A DNA stretch of 64,000 bases from positions 32,001-96,000 of the forward strand of contig JBGSZS010000016.1 of assembly GCA_041750285.1 (NCBI GenBank). The letters run 5' to 3'. The notes below the pieces were generated by a model. The model was not told the origin of the DNA. It searched no databases and worked only from the letters and a program-made list of their open reading frames with translations. This document shows positions 1 to 9,948 of this stretch, one piece after another. This stretch comes from Candidatus Fermentibacteraceae bacterium. Lineage in GTDB: Bacteria; Fermentibacterota; Fermentibacteria; Fermentibacterales; JCC-6. The first letter of the stretch is position 1. Every line of letters begins with the position of its first letter. Made by a program: the position numbers and the translations under genes.

Positions 1-725
1 GCATCGGGAAGCCAGTTGTGCATGGGCGCAAGGCCTGCCTTGGTTCCGTAACCGATCACCATGAAGATGAAACCCGCCTTGACCAGCGTCACGTTGAGAC
101 CGCCGGCTGAAGCCATCAGGCTCGTCCAGAGAAGGGACTCGTTGCCGTGTATTGCAGTCGGTCCGGTGGATGCCGACAGGAGGAGGGTTCCGGTGAAGGC
201 CATGGCTACCCCGACGGAACACATCAGAAGGTACTTCCACATGGCCTCGAGTGAAGCGGGTGTAACATGAACGCAGATGAGGAACGCCGTCAGCAGGGTC
301 GTGGCCTCGATGCCGACCCACATCACGCCCATGTTGTTGGAGAGAAGGACGACGAGCATCGCCGAGAGCGAGCCGAACCAGAGACCGCCGTACCTTCTGG
401 CGGCCGCAGTGTCCAGTGTGTTTTTGCGAACCTCGTCGGCGAAGTACCCCGGAGAGTGCAGGGCGCCAAGCGAGTAAACGATGCAGAGCACCATCAGGTG
501 AAGTGCCGACAGGGCATCGAGCCTGATCCAGTTGCCGGGGGTGACAAGCGGTTCGCCCCCGGCAAGCACGACAGCCACGGGGAAGGCAAAGAGCAGGGAG
601 ACCCCCGCTGTGCCAACCGCGCACAGCCGCAGGATGCCGGCAGGTGACCTGCCGGCAAGGCATGCCAGGGAAAGAAGGACGGGAAGCCCTGAAAGAAGCG
701 GAAGGAGGAGGGCGAACGGTATCAA
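1..725 (-). CDS. hyfF: Hydrogenase-4 component F-like / Ehr antiporter-like membrane subunit (3' end runs off the window)
   Basis: Not in the ORF track. Manual translation from TTG at 725 gives a hydrophobic protein with EAMWKYLLMCSVG and GTKAGLAPMHNWLPDA motifs; it directly follows hyfE. Confidence 0.85.
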   Translation of the reverse strand, partial: MIPFALLLPLLSGLPVLLSLACLAGRSPAGILRLCAVGTAGVSLLFAFPVAVVLAGGEPLVTPGNWIRLDALSALHLMVLCIVYSLGALHSPGYFADEVRKNTLDTAAARRYGGLWFGSLSAMLVVLLSNNMGVMWVGIEATTLLTAFLICVHVTPASLEAMWKYLLMCSVGVAMAFTGTLLLSASTGPTAIHGNESLLWTSLMASAGGLNVTLVKAGFIFMVIGYGTKAGLAPMHNWLPD

Positions 726-729
726 GGCG

Positions 730-1374
730 CTATCCCCTCAGCTTCGCGAGACGGTTGGAATCCATGTGGTCGAACTCCATGTTGATCCGGTAGATCGCTA
801 TACCCATCACGAAGACCGCCACGAACATGTCCATCAGAACCCCGAGCTCGACGAGGAACGGCACGTCCCTGACTATTGCCAGGCTGAGTGCGTAAATGCC
901 GTTCTCGAGAACGAGATAACCGATGACCTGGTTCACCGCCGTTCGTCTGGCCACAACCAGGAAGAGCCCCGTGAACATCATCGAAAGCGATACCGGAACC
1001 ACGATGGCAGACTCCAGTTGCAGTGGGAAACTCAGCCTGCCATCGAGCCAGAACGATGCCGAAAGAGCAAGGACACCTGCAAGAAGGGAGGTTGTGTACC
1101 CCACGAAGGGTTTGACCTCGCGACTGCCGGCGGATTCCCTTATGGCACGGTTGAGGAGACGGGGGAAAACAAACCCCTTCAACGCCACCACTGCCATACC
1201 CAGGGCTGCGATCCGGAAGGACAGGCCGGCATCGGCCGTGGCCATGGGAAGAAGACCGACCATGATACCCTGCCAGGCAGCGATGCGGATGCAGTTGCCA
1301 AGACGGCCCGACCCCAGCAGGATGAAGTCGGACAGGATCAGGGCAACGAGGATGATGTCGAGATAAGCGGTCAT
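730..1374 (-). CDS. hyfE: Hydrogenase-4 component E-like membrane subunit
   Basis: Hydrophobic 214 aa with QVIGYLVLENG motif; position in the hyfB-C-E-F order. Confidence 0.88.
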   Translation of the reverse strand: MTAYLDIILVALILSDFILLGSGRLGNCIRIAAWQGIMVGLLPMATADAGLSFRIAALGMAVVALKGFVFPRLLNRAIRESAGSREVKPFVGYTTSLLAGVLALSASFWLDGRLSFPLQLESAIVVPVSLSMMFTGLFLVVARRTAVNQVIGYLVLENGIYALSLAIVRDVPFLVELGVLMDMFVAVFVMGIAIYRINMEFDHMDSNRLAKLRG

Positions 1375-2291
1375 TGCAGGAACCTCGTCGAAAGGATGAA
1401 CGCCAGGACAGCTATGGCGCCTGCACCCGCCAGGAGGTGGGGTGTCCTGAGAAGGCTCAGTCTGGCCATGACCGATTCCACCGTACCCACGAGGATCCCC
1501 ACCAGTAGCATGCCCGCAAGGTACGCTGCGGCATGGGGCCAGCCGGTCCAGCCAAGCGCCGTCAGAAGCAGGTTCACGATGAGGGATCCGAAGACCCAGA
1601 GCTTCAGGGCCGCCCCGTAGGTGATCATTGCGAAGTCCGGCCCCGAGTTGTCGAGAACCATCACTTCGTGAACCATCGTGAGCTCAAGATGGGTGTTCGG
1701 GTCGTCGAAGGGGATCCTGGAGTTCTCGGCAAGCATGACGATGAAGAACGAAACTGCCACGAGGCACAGGGCCGTTCCCGCGGACAGCCATTCCCCGTAA
1801 CCCAGGCCGTCGTACATTCCACCCAGTGACATGCCGCCGGAAACCCTGGCAAGCACCCCGAAGCAGATCAGCAGGGCCGGCTCGGAAAGGGCCGAGTAAA
1901 GGACCTCCCGGCTGGCTCCCATCCCCTCGAAGCTGGAACCCGTGTCGAGGGCCGAACTCACCGTGAGGAACCGCGCAAGCCCGAGAAGGCAGAGGAGGAA
2001 TACGAAGTCGCCCTGAAAACCCCATCGGGCCGAAGCGATGGATGGCGCCACGAGGGCTGCGGCGGCCACCGTAATGACGAGTACCAGTGTGGGTGCGATC
2101 CTGAAGACGAAAGTCGTGGTTCCGCTGATCACCTGTCCCTTGCGAAGGAGCTTCGCGAGATCGTGGTACTGCTGAAACAGCGGCGCTCCACTTCTCCCGG
2201 CGAATGCGGCCTTTGTCTTGACGATCACGCCGGAGAGGACAGGGGCGAGCAGAAGGCCTGACAGCAAGAGGATGAGCCCGGGCAAAGTCAC
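1371..2291 (-). CDS. hyfC: HyfC/HycD (NuoH-like) membrane subunit
   Basis: GASRE, ENSRIPFDDPNTHLELTMVHE motifs; probable GTG start at 2291 just after the hyfB stop. Confidence 0.9.
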   Translation of the reverse strand: MTLPGLILLLSGLLLAPVLSGVIVKTKAAFAGRSGAPLFQQYHDLAKLLRKGQVISGTTTFVFRIAPTLVLVITVAAAALVAPSIASARWGFQGDFVFLLCLLGLARFLTVSSALDTGSSFEGMGASREVLYSALSEPALLICFGVLARVSGGMSLGGMYDGLGYGEWLSAGTALCLVAVSFFIVMLAENSRIPFDDPNTHLELTMVHEVMVLDNSGPDFAMITYGAALKLWVFGSLIVNLLLTALGWTGWPHAAAYLAGMLLVGILVGTVESVMARLSLLRTPHLLAGAGAIAVLAFILSTRFLQ

Positions 2292-2295
2292 TCCC

Positions 2296-4290
2296 CTACC
2301 CCAGCTTCCATGAAAGCAGCGCGGCAAGCGCCACGACTATGGATAGCACGTAAAGGTTTATCCTGCCGTGCTGTATCACCCTGAGCCGCTTGAAGAACCT
2401 CTCCATCCCGGAAAAGAGGGGGATGTAGAACCTTTCCGTGCAGGCGTCGGGGGTGTTCGAAGAAAAGCCTGCACGGTCCGGGAAAAGCGCACCGGGCGAT
2501 GCCGGTTCCCTCCTTGTACCGAGAGCCGGCCCGAAAAGACCGGTGAGTGGGTCGGCGAAGGAAGAGGCCGTGTACTGCATCGAAGGCTCGGGTGAACCGT
2601 AACCGCAGCCCCAGGTCGGGGCGACGGTGACGCTGCGCCGCGCCAGTAGCCTGGAACGGGCGAACAAAAGCAGCAGCCCGGCGGCAATCACCGAAACCGA
2701 ACCGATGGAAACGTACCGGAGGGTGCTTTCGGCGAAACCGGCATGCACGCCTGTGGACAGGGGGTACCCCAGCCCCGCCGTGACGGTGCCGACCACCGGT
2801 TCGACAAGACCGACAAGGAGCCATCCGCCAAGACCCATCAAAAGGCAGAGAATGGAGAGGACAACAAGGGGAAGGCGCATGGAGAACGATGATTCGCAGG
2901 CCCTCCCGGCCCCGGCACTTCTTGGGGCGCCAAGAAAGGCCATGCCGAAAGCCTTGGTGAAGCATGCCAGGGCGAGCCCGCCCATCAGGGCGAGACCACC
3001 GGCAGCGATCATTCCGGGGAGAGCCCCCTGAGTGCCGGCACCGTTCACAATACCAGAAAAAGCAGCCAGATAAGCCGTAAGCTCGCCGACGAAGCCGTTG
3101 AGGGGGGGCAGACCGCAGATCGCCGCGCTCCCCACCAGAAAGGCCGCGCCCGTGACAGGCATTCGCTTCATGAGCCCGCCGAGCCGGTCGAGCTCCCTTG
3201 TTCCGGCCGCATTCCCGATGGCGCCCGATGCAAGGAAAAGAAGGCTCTTGAAAACGGAGTGGTTCAGGACGTGAAGAAAGGCACCCGCAAACCCCAGAAA
3301 AGCCATTGCCGGAATGCCGTAACTGATGCCCAGAAGTCCGGTTCCAAGCCCCATGCCGATGATGCCGACGTTCTCAACGCTGCTGTAGGCGAGCATCCTT
3401 TTCAGCTCGTGCTGGGCAAGGGCCATCAGCACTCCCGCAACGCCCGACAGAAGACCGGCACCGAGAAGGGTCCAGCTCCACCACGAGGGTGGCGGTCCCA
3501 GGAAAAGCATGAACCGCAGGAGACCGTAGATACCGGTCTTTATCATGACCCCGCTCATCACCGCGGACACGTTGGAGGGGGCCGAGGGGTGTGCCTCGGG
3601 GAGCCAGACGTGGAAGGGAACGAAACCGGCCTTGGTGCCGAAGCCGAGAAGGGCCAGAACGAATGCGGCCCCTGCCAGAGAGGGATGGGGAAGTGACAGG
3701 CCGGCAAATTCGAGCGAACCTCCCGAGCCAAGCATCGAGAAGAGAAGGAGGATGCACGCCGTGCCGAGGTGGGTTGCCACGAGGTAGATCCATGCGGCCC
3801 TGCGAACGGGCTCCCTGCCTGAGTCAAACAGGACGAGGAAGAATGAAGCCAGCGCCATGACCTCCCAGCCCAGCAGAAAGAGCAGGGCGTTGCGGGCCGC
3901 TGTAACGAGCAGCATGCCTCCGGTCAGCAGGTTGCAGAACGCCCAGAACCGCGGCATGTCCTTTCCCCGGGCAGCCTGGGGCTTCATGTAGCCGCAGCCG
4001 TGAACCGCACAGAGCGCGGATATGACAAGCACGGGAAGGGCGAAGAGGGCGGAAAGCGGGTCGATCCCCACTGCCAGGGATCCCGAGGGAACTCCCCAGT
4101 GGATGCTGCCCGATTCAGCGGGACCGTGAATCATTGACAGAATCACCCCGAGCAGACCGACAGCACACCCCGCGATGTTCGCAACTGGACCGAAAACCAC
4201 CGCGAACCCGCTGCCGCGCCGGAGAAAAGCAGGAATGAGCCCTCCCGCAAGGAAGGTGCACAGTGATACGAAGAGAAGGGCGATGATCAC
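2296..4290 (-). CDS. hyfB: HyfB-like proton-conducting (NuoL/MrpA family) membrane subunit
   Basis: WEVM, KAGFVPFHVWLPEAHP, LAYSSVEN, PTWGCGY motifs. Confidence 0.9.
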   Translation of the reverse strand: MIIALLFVSLCTFLAGGLIPAFLRRGSGFAVVFGPVANIAGCAVGLLGVILSMIHGPAESGSIHWGVPSGSLAVGIDPLSALFALPVLVISALCAVHGCGYMKPQAARGKDMPRFWAFCNLLTGGMLLVTAARNALLFLLGWEVMALASFFLVLFDSGREPVRRAAWIYLVATHLGTACILLLFSMLGSGGSLEFAGLSLPHPSLAGAAFVLALLGFGTKAGFVPFHVWLPEAHPSAPSNVSAVMSGVMIKTGIYGLLRFMLFLGPPPSWWSWTLLGAGLLSGVAGVLMALAQHELKRMLAYSSVENVGIIGMGLGTGLLGISYGIPAMAFLGFAGAFLHVLNHSVFKSLLFLASGAIGNAAGTRELDRLGGLMKRMPVTGAAFLVGSAAICGLPPLNGFVGELTAYLAAFSGIVNGAGTQGALPGMIAAGGLALMGGLALACFTKAFGMAFLGAPRSAGAGRACESSFSMRLPLVVLSILCLLMGLGGWLLVGLVEPVVGTVTAGLGYPLSTGVHAGFAESTLRYVSIGSVSVIAAGLLLLFARSRLLARRSVTVAPTWGCGYGSPEPSMQYTASSFADPLTGLFGPALGTRREPASPGALFPDRAGFSSNTPDACTERFYIPLFSGMERFFKRLRVIQHGRINLYVLSIVVALAALLSWKLG

Positions 4291-4299
4291 CTGGCGCCT

Positions 4300-4998
4300 C
4301 TACGACCCGCCCGCAACACGGGAAAGCAGCATTGCATCGACCCCGGCAGCGCGGCTGAGGATCACATCACCGGGAAGGCGGTCTTTCACTGCCTGCAGGA
4401 ACGGGGGCTGTCTGAGGGCAAAGGCAAGCCTGGAGAGCAGGTTGAGGTGCAGCACTATTGTCGGGCTCATCATCATGAAAAGGGTGTGAACGGGCTGACC
4501 GTCGATGGCGCCGAACTCGACTGCCCCCTCGAGAAAGCAGAGGGTTATCATGGGTTCGGGTATGTCAAGGACGATGGGATTCCTGACATGGGGGATGGCT
4601 ATCCCCTCTCCAATGCCGGTCGAGCCCTGGGCTTCACGGGCCTTGAGTATCTGCAGGAGAAAAAGCCTGTCAACGCTTGCCGGAATGGGCATCAGGGCGA
4701 GAGCGTTCTCAAGGACTGCATCCCGGTCACCGCCAGTGACCCCGTACCTGATCCCGCCAGCCAGCAGGGCGTCACCGATCCCGGCAACCTCTCCACTTAT
4801 TGCCGACCCCGTGCCAGGGAACATGGCAGAGGATACGGGAATCTGCCTTTTCGTGGCCCATTCCAGAATCTCAGTCTTGTTGAATCGGTACTGCCCGCCA
4901 ACCTTGATGGCGGGAAGACTGTCTTCCCTGATCCATTTTTCGAGGGTCTTCTCGGGTAACCCAAAAAGCCCGGCGACTTCCCTCAAACCCAGAAGCAT
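4300..4998 (-). CDS. Excisionase-type HTH fused to PTS EIIA (fructose/Ntr-type) domain
   Basis: N-terminal 'LREVAGLFG..EKTLEKWI...LPAIKVGGQYRF'; C-terminal STGIGEGIAIPH with the phospho-His. Confidence 0.88.
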   Translation of the reverse strand: MLLGLREVAGLFGLPEKTLEKWIREDSLPAIKVGGQYRFNKTEILEWATKRQIPVSSAMFPGTGSAISGEVAGIGDALLAGGIRYGVTGGDRDAVLENALALMPIPASVDRLFLLQILKAREAQGSTGIGEGIAIPHVRNPIVLDIPEPMITLCFLEGAVEFGAIDGQPVHTLFMMMSPTIVLHLNLLSRLAFALRQPPFLQAVKDRLPGDVILSRAAGVDAMLLSRVAGGS

Positions 4999-5035
4999 CC
5001 AGGAACACCAGACTTTCGTTCAAAGTGTCCGGGGA

Positions 5036-5086
5036 ATATACACCATCACCGGCGTGCATACCCGGAAAAGGGTGAACACCGTCATC
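5036..5086 (-). promoter_or_regulatory. Fluoride (crcB) riboswitch-like leader, degenerate or variant
   Basis: GATGACGGTGTTCACC...CCGG-loop-CCGG TGATG GTGTA TAT aligns with the crcB layout GGYGATGGTGTTCRCC...TGATGACACCTAC; it lies upstream of a hyf-like operon. Confidence 0.45.
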
Positions 5087-5131
5087 TGAGGCCATTTCAT
5101 GAGCTAAGCGGCAAAAAGACCGGTGAAGGGG

Positions 5132-6025
5132 CTAATCCTCCTCCTTCGCCGGCTCGACATGGATCGAGACGAACGAGGACTTTCCGAACCTGTGGCGGAT
5201 AAGTTCCTCGATGGTCGAGCTCAGTGTGTGGGCTTCCCTGACCTGCATGGCGCCGTCAACACGGATGTGAAGATCGACGGCTATGTCCCTGCCAATGCGC
5301 CTGGTGCGCAGGTTGTGCGGGTCTGCCACGCCGGGGACCGAGCGGGCCAGCCCCATGATCTCGGATTCCACTGTCTCGTCCAGGGATGATTCGATAAGCT
5401 CGCCAAGGCAGCCCGAGAGTATCTCGAACGCCGCCTTGACTATGAAAACGCTCACGACAACAGCTGCCACGGGATCGAGGATGCGCCATTTCTCCCCGAG
5501 GAAGATGGCGCCCCCGATGCCGAACATGGTCCCCACCGATGAGAAGGCATCGGAACGGTGGTGCCAGGCGTTCGCGATGACAGCCCTGCTGTTGATCCGC
5601 TTTCCGGCGGATACCGTGTAACGGTAGAGGACCTCTTTCACCACTATAGAGACAAAAGCCGCGATCAAGGCAATCACCCCGGGGGCCTCGGGTGTCTGCC
5701 CGCCGATGCATGCCCATATCCGGGTGGCCCCCGCCCAGAAAACCCCGGCTCCCACGAGCAGCAGGACCGCCCCGATGATGGTCGCCGCCAGGGTCTCGAG
5801 CTTGCCGTGGCCGTAGTCGTGGCTTTTGTCTACCGGTCTTCCCGAAAACCTCAGCCCCGCCAGAACCACAATGTCGGTTGCGAAATCCGACACGGAGTGC
5901 ACCGCGTCGGCTATCATCGCCGGGCTGTGCCCGACTGCGCCCGCCGTGAACTTGAAGGCGGTGAGCACAAGGTTCCAGACGAACCCCACCCATGTCACCC
6001 TGACCGCGGACACCGTTTCAGCCAT
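5132..6025 (-). CDS. Cation diffusion facilitator family transporter (FieF-like)
   Basis: ADAVHSVSD, HDYGHGK, NAWHHRSD, IHVEP motifs. Confidence 0.93.
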   Translation of the reverse strand: MAETVSAVRVTWVGFVWNLVLTAFKFTAGAVGHSPAMIADAVHSVSDFATDIVVLAGLRFSGRPVDKSHDYGHGKLETLAATIIGAVLLLVGAGVFWAGATRIWACIGGQTPEAPGVIALIAAFVSIVVKEVLYRYTVSAGKRINSRAVIANAWHHRSDAFSSVGTMFGIGGAIFLGEKWRILDPVAAVVVSVFIVKAAFEILSGCLGELIESSLDETVESEIMGLARSVPGVADPHNLRTRRIGRDIAVDLHIRVDGAMQVREAHTLSSTIEELIRHRFGKSSFVSIHVEPAKEED

Positions 6026-6033
6026 CCTGCCTT

Positions 6034-7266
6034 TCAGAGAGAGGGGTCGGTAACCCTTCCCATGAACAGCACCGTATCGGAGAGGTCGTCGATGATGATG
6101 AAAACGAAGGGCCTGTCAAGCAGGAAGAGCTCGGGAGGGTCGGACGGCATGGCGCTGGTGGCCATTATAACGCCCGTGGCGGCAGCGGCTTCGGTGCCCG
6201 TCTCGTCAACCTTGACGAAGGCCTTGTGAACGACGGCCGTTATGAACAGGTCCCGCCCGCCGGTGAACCCGCTGAAATCGGCGCGGGAGGGGTCGAAGGC
6301 GTCAACCATCCCCATGTCGGAAAGCGCAGGCGATAGGGAGTAGTCGGTGGTGAACTCGAAGGGAGGCATCACGACGGCCACCTCACGCACTGCCAGACCC
6401 CCTGTAACCTCATCCAGCATGGCCGGGTCGAGGTCCTGCTGGAACCGGTTGAAGTCACCGTCGGGGAACAGGATGATCATGCGGCTCTGAAGGTCGGAGT
6501 ACTGCATTGCAATTGCCCTGAAACCGTCGCCCCGGTAGAACGGGATGTGCATCGTCCTGCTCATGAACGGGACGGTGACCTCTTCGCCTTCGAGTTTGGT
6601 GAACGAGCCGTCGCGGGTCAGTTCGGGGTTGAACTGGAAGCGCCAGTTGCCCTGGAAGTAGACTGCGCTCGTGAGCACCACCCTGGTGGCGTTGGTGACC
6701 GTGCCCGGACCCAGAAGATCCTTTATCCGATCCATGGTCCGGTCCTCGACCCAGTCGTTTATGACCACCCTCTGGGCATCGGGGTCTCCCGCGAAATCCA
6801 TGTTCCGGGCTTCGGCCCCGTAGTACTCTGTGACCAGGGAGACGTAGCTGTCCAGAAGCGGGTAGTTTCCGTCGACCCAGAGTGCGTTGGCGATGTTCAG
6901 GGTTATGGGATCCTCCCCGGGTTCGATCCCCTCGCGTGCGATCAGTCCGAAAAGGCGGCTGAACCCGTTGTGAACCGCAGTTTGATGGTCACCGAAACCC
7001 AGCGCCCCGGCCATCCCGGCTTCGGTACCGCCCCGGGCGCCGGCCCAGGCCATTCCCAGAGCCGAGGAGATGCAGAACGGCGAGAACATCACGTTGTCTT
7101 CGCCGGCGTCCTGGCACAGCCTTTCGAAGAGATCGAAGGCGAATTCGGTGTTCCCCTCGCGAAGGTCCTGAAAACCCGTATCCGGGAAAGTGTTGTCCAC
7201 GGGCCTCGAGGCTCCGCAGGCCGAAACGAGGAGTACGATGAGGACGGGGGTGAACGGCTTTTTCAT
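6034..7266 (-). CDS. Serpin (protease inhibitor), predicted lipoprotein
   Basis: Lipobox LVSAC; NVMFSPF; hinge VDETGTEAAAAT; LDRPFVF..LFMGRV. Confidence 0.93.
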   Translation of the reverse strand: MKKPFTPVLIVLLVSACGASRPVDNTFPDTGFQDLREGNTEFAFDLFERLCQDAGEDNVMFSPFCISSALGMAWAGARGGTEAGMAGALGFGDHQTAVHNGFSRLFGLIAREGIEPGEDPITLNIANALWVDGNYPLLDSYVSLVTEYYGAEARNMDFAGDPDAQRVVINDWVEDRTMDRIKDLLGPGTVTNATRVVLTSAVYFQGNWRFQFNPELTRDGSFTKLEGEEVTVPFMSRTMHIPFYRGDGFRAIAMQYSDLQSRMIILFPDGDFNRFQQDLDPAMLDEVTGGLAVREVAVVMPPFEFTTDYSLSPALSDMGMVDAFDPSRADFSGFTGGRDLFITAVVHKAFVKVDETGTEAAAATGVIMATSAMPSDPPELFLLDRPFVFIIIDDLSDTVLFMGRVTDPSL

Positions 7267-7333
7267 GTCATTCCCTTCATTGCCGCAGAGAGCAGCCTTG
7301 TCACGAACTGCCTGAAGCTAATACAACAGGCGT

Positions 7334-7365
7334 CCGGATGCATTCCCCGGCCGGATGCTTCCCCG
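7334..7365. repeat. Imperfect tandem direct repeat CCGGATGC(A)TTCCCCG in the divergent serpin/protease intergenic region
   Basis: Copies at 7334-7349 and 7351-7365; possible operator. Confidence 0.4.
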
Positions 7366-7442
7366 TGCGGGAGTGGAACCGTATACTTGAACCTCGGGCA
7401 AACACGGCATGGGTTCAACGATCGGGGGAGGGCGTGGTTTCA

Positions 7443-9485
7443 GTGTATCTGAGGATTGTCATGCTGCTTCTGCTCACGGGGTCCGTGCTGGCGGGCGAGA
7501 TCAGGCAGGGGTTCAGGCTCGAACCCGGTGAGTTCGGAGTGAATGATTTCGACGGCGGCGTGATACCCTGGTGCAGTTCCGGTGTGGTGGGCTTCGAAGA
7601 GGGGCTTCCGAACCTGCCGGTTGTATCGGTGTGCTTCGTCATACCTCAGGGCACATCGGTAGCGGGGGCGACCATCGAGGTGCTTGCCGGAACTGATCTG
7701 GACGGTACCCATGACGTTCTTCCCGTACGGTTCACCCCGCTCTCCAGCGCACCTGCTCCCTACTTCAGGCAGCCCTTTGTGTACCTGTCGGACGAACCCT
7801 TTCCCGCAGACCCCGTTGTCGAAACCGCCACCGGGACCAGAACGGGGTTCCAGCTGGGAACGGTCTCGTTCTGCCCCTTCCGCTGGCGTCCCCTTTCAGG
7901 AGGGCTGACCATCATCACCGAAGCCGAGGTGGTGCTCCGTTACCGCGAAGACCCCATGTTCCCGGGGCTTCAGCTCACGCGGGGCCAGATCGACCAGGCC
8001 TCGGCGCTCCTGTCCCACTTCGTCGCCAACCCCGAAGACCTTGCGGCACATGCACCGGCACTCCGCCCTGAGAGCGATGCCTGGCCGGTGTGGGTCGCTG
8101 TCGGGGCCGAATCGTTCGCCTCCGTCCTCCAGCCGCTTGTGGACCACAGGAATTCGACCGGAATGCAGTCGGAGTTCGTCTCACTCGAGTGGATTCAGGA
8201 CAACTACTCCGGGTGGGACACCCAGGAGCAGATCAGGAACTACCTGAAGGACTCGTTCCTCAACCGCGGGCTCCAGTACGCTCTGCTTGTTGGAGACTGG
8301 GGGCCGACCCAGCGCATTTCCAGCCTGATGGTGGGAAGCGACAGCCTGGTGCTGAACGAGACTGCAGACCTATACTTTTCCGACCTCACCAGGATGTGGG
8401 ACGGCGACGGCGACCACCTCTACGGCGAGAACACGGACTGGGTGGACTACTACGCCGACATCACCGTCGGGCGTTTCAGCTCAGACAATCCGAACCACCT
8501 GCAGACAATGGTGAACAAGACGATCGCGTACGAAACCCAGTCCGACCAGGGCCAGTGGCGCACCACTGCCCTGCTCTGCGGAGCGGGCCTCTGGCCCGAC
8601 GTCGAACCCGACGGGTACTGGGGGAGCTTCATCTGCGACTCCATATCCACCCGCATCCCCGGGGACTGGACGCAGCACAAGCTCTACGAAACGTGGGACG
8701 GCCACCCGACGAACCAGATCGACCTTCTCAACCAGGGCGCAAGCTACGTGAGCGATCAGGGCCACGGCGGATCCGGAGGTGTGTACTGGCTCTACGAGCC
8801 CGGCAACATGATAACGAACCAGAACTACACAGGCCTCGAGAACATCAACAGGCTGACCATCCTCCACTCCATGGCGTGCAACCCAGGCCAGCTCTCCGTA
8901 AACGGGTGCAGCGCGGAACGGCTGCTCATGTGGCCCAACGGCGGCGCGGTGGCTGTGATGTACAACTCCAACTACGGCTTCGGAACCCCGCCATCCATGG
9001 GCCCTTCCGAGCACCTCGAACTGCACTTCGCGGAGATGCTTTTCGTCAACGGCGTTGAGCGCATCGGCGACATGCAGGCCGCAGCGAAGGACGCTTTCAA
9101 GGCTGCCGGGGGGATGACACTTCAGAACTGGGTCATGCAGGAGAACAACATGCTGGGCGACCCAGCAACCGTTTTCGTGTCGGTGCAGACAGGCATCGGG
9201 GAAGCGGGCGGGATGGCAGTGGCGCAACTCGGCACGCCGGTTCCCAACCCGTCCGCCGGAACCTTCAGCGTGACGTGGAGCCTTCCCGAGCCTTCAGCTT
9301 TCACGCTCGGCCTTTACGACCTTTGCGGGCGGCTGACCTGGAGCGCCGAACACGCAGGGAGCGTTGAAGCTTCGGGGCAATTCACGGTCTCCCCATCCAA
9401 AGGCCTTCCACCGGGGTGCTACATCCTCAGGCTCGATGCCGGTCGCGTATCCGCCTCGACCATGGTGGTTGTACTGGGGGACTGA
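7443..9485 (+). CDS. Gingipain-like C25 cysteine peptidase with propeptide and T9SS-type CTD
   Basis: Signal peptide; GLPNLP propeptide; LLVGD, ADLYF, VGRF, QGHG (His) and SMAC (Cys); CTD PVPNP..LYDLCGR..PGCYILRL. Start codon uncertain. Confidence 0.85.
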   Translation: MYLRIVMLLLLTGSVLAGEIRQGFRLEPGEFGVNDFDGGVIPWCSSGVVGFEEGLPNLPVVSVCFVIPQGTSVAGATIEVLAGTDLDGTHDVLPVRFTPLSSAPAPYFRQPFVYLSDEPFPADPVVETATGTRTGFQLGTVSFCPFRWRPLSGGLTIITEAEVVLRYREDPMFPGLQLTRGQIDQASALLSHFVANPEDLAAHAPALRPESDAWPVWVAVGAESFASVLQPLVDHRNSTGMQSEFVSLEWIQDNYSGWDTQEQIRNYLKDSFLNRGLQYALLVGDWGPTQRISSLMVGSDSLVLNETADLYFSDLTRMWDGDGDHLYGENTDWVDYYADITVGRFSSDNPNHLQTMVNKTIAYETQSDQGQWRTTALLCGAGLWPDVEPDGYWGSFICDSISTRIPGDWTQHKLYETWDGHPTNQIDLLNQGASYVSDQGHGGSGGVYWLYEPGNMITNQNYTGLENINRLTILHSMACNPGQLSVNGCSAERLLMWPNGGAVAVMYNSNYGFGTPPSMGPSEHLELHFAEMLFVNGVERIGDMQAAAKDAFKAAGGMTLQNWVMQENNMLGDPATVFVSVQTGIGEAGGMAVAQLGTPVPNPSAGTFSVTWSLPEPSAFTLGLYDLCGRLTWSAEHAGSVEASGQFTVSPSKGLPPGCYILRLDAGRVSASTMVVVLGD

Positions 9486-9500
9486 TGCGACCGGAGGAGC

Positions 9501-9522
9501 GCCCGGCGGAGAACCGCCGGGC
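9501..9522. terminator. Hairpin between convergent genes (possible bidirectional terminator)
   Basis: GCCCGGCGG-AGAA-CCGCCGGGC, a perfect 9-bp stem; no clear U tract. Confidence 0.5.
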
Positions 9523-9531
9523 ATGATCCGT

Positions 9532-9948
9532 TCACTCGGCCGATACCGGAGCAGCCTCCATGAGGAGTTCCACGGGAACCATTCCGAGATATGTCCATTC
9601 CTCGGAGGAGAATCCCCCACCGTCCCCGAACAGGCCTGAAACATGATGGTAGAGAACGTATATCTCCGAACCCGCCCCGATCAGGGAAGCGGCTTCGGCA
9701 TCGACGCCGTGCAGAAAGACCCCGGTGTCGACGCCTCCGTTGTACTCCATGAACGTGTCCGCGCTGTGGCCGGTGACGGCCTCCCTGACGCCGACCACCC
9801 GCAAAACGACGTCCAGCCCTCCTGAAGCTTCGTCGTACTCTCCCGCGCCAACGACCTCGGCCCTGCACTCGAACTCGACAAGGACCGACCCGGGGGCCGC
9901 GCCGGCCAGAGCCAGCATGACCGCAGCGTGAAGAACCAGCCCTTTCAT
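9532..9948 (-). CDS. Secreted hypothetical protein
   Basis: ATG at 9948 after a GGAG RBS; signal peptide MKGLVLHAAVMLALAGA; acidic mature part. Confidence 0.65.
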   Translation of the reverse strand: MKGLVLHAAVMLALAGAAPGSVLVEFECRAEVVGAGEYDEASGGLDVVLRVVGVREAVTGHSADTFMEYNGGVDTGVFLHGVDAEAASLIGAGSEIYVLYHHVSGLFGDGGGFSSEEWTYLGMVPVELLMEAAPVSAE

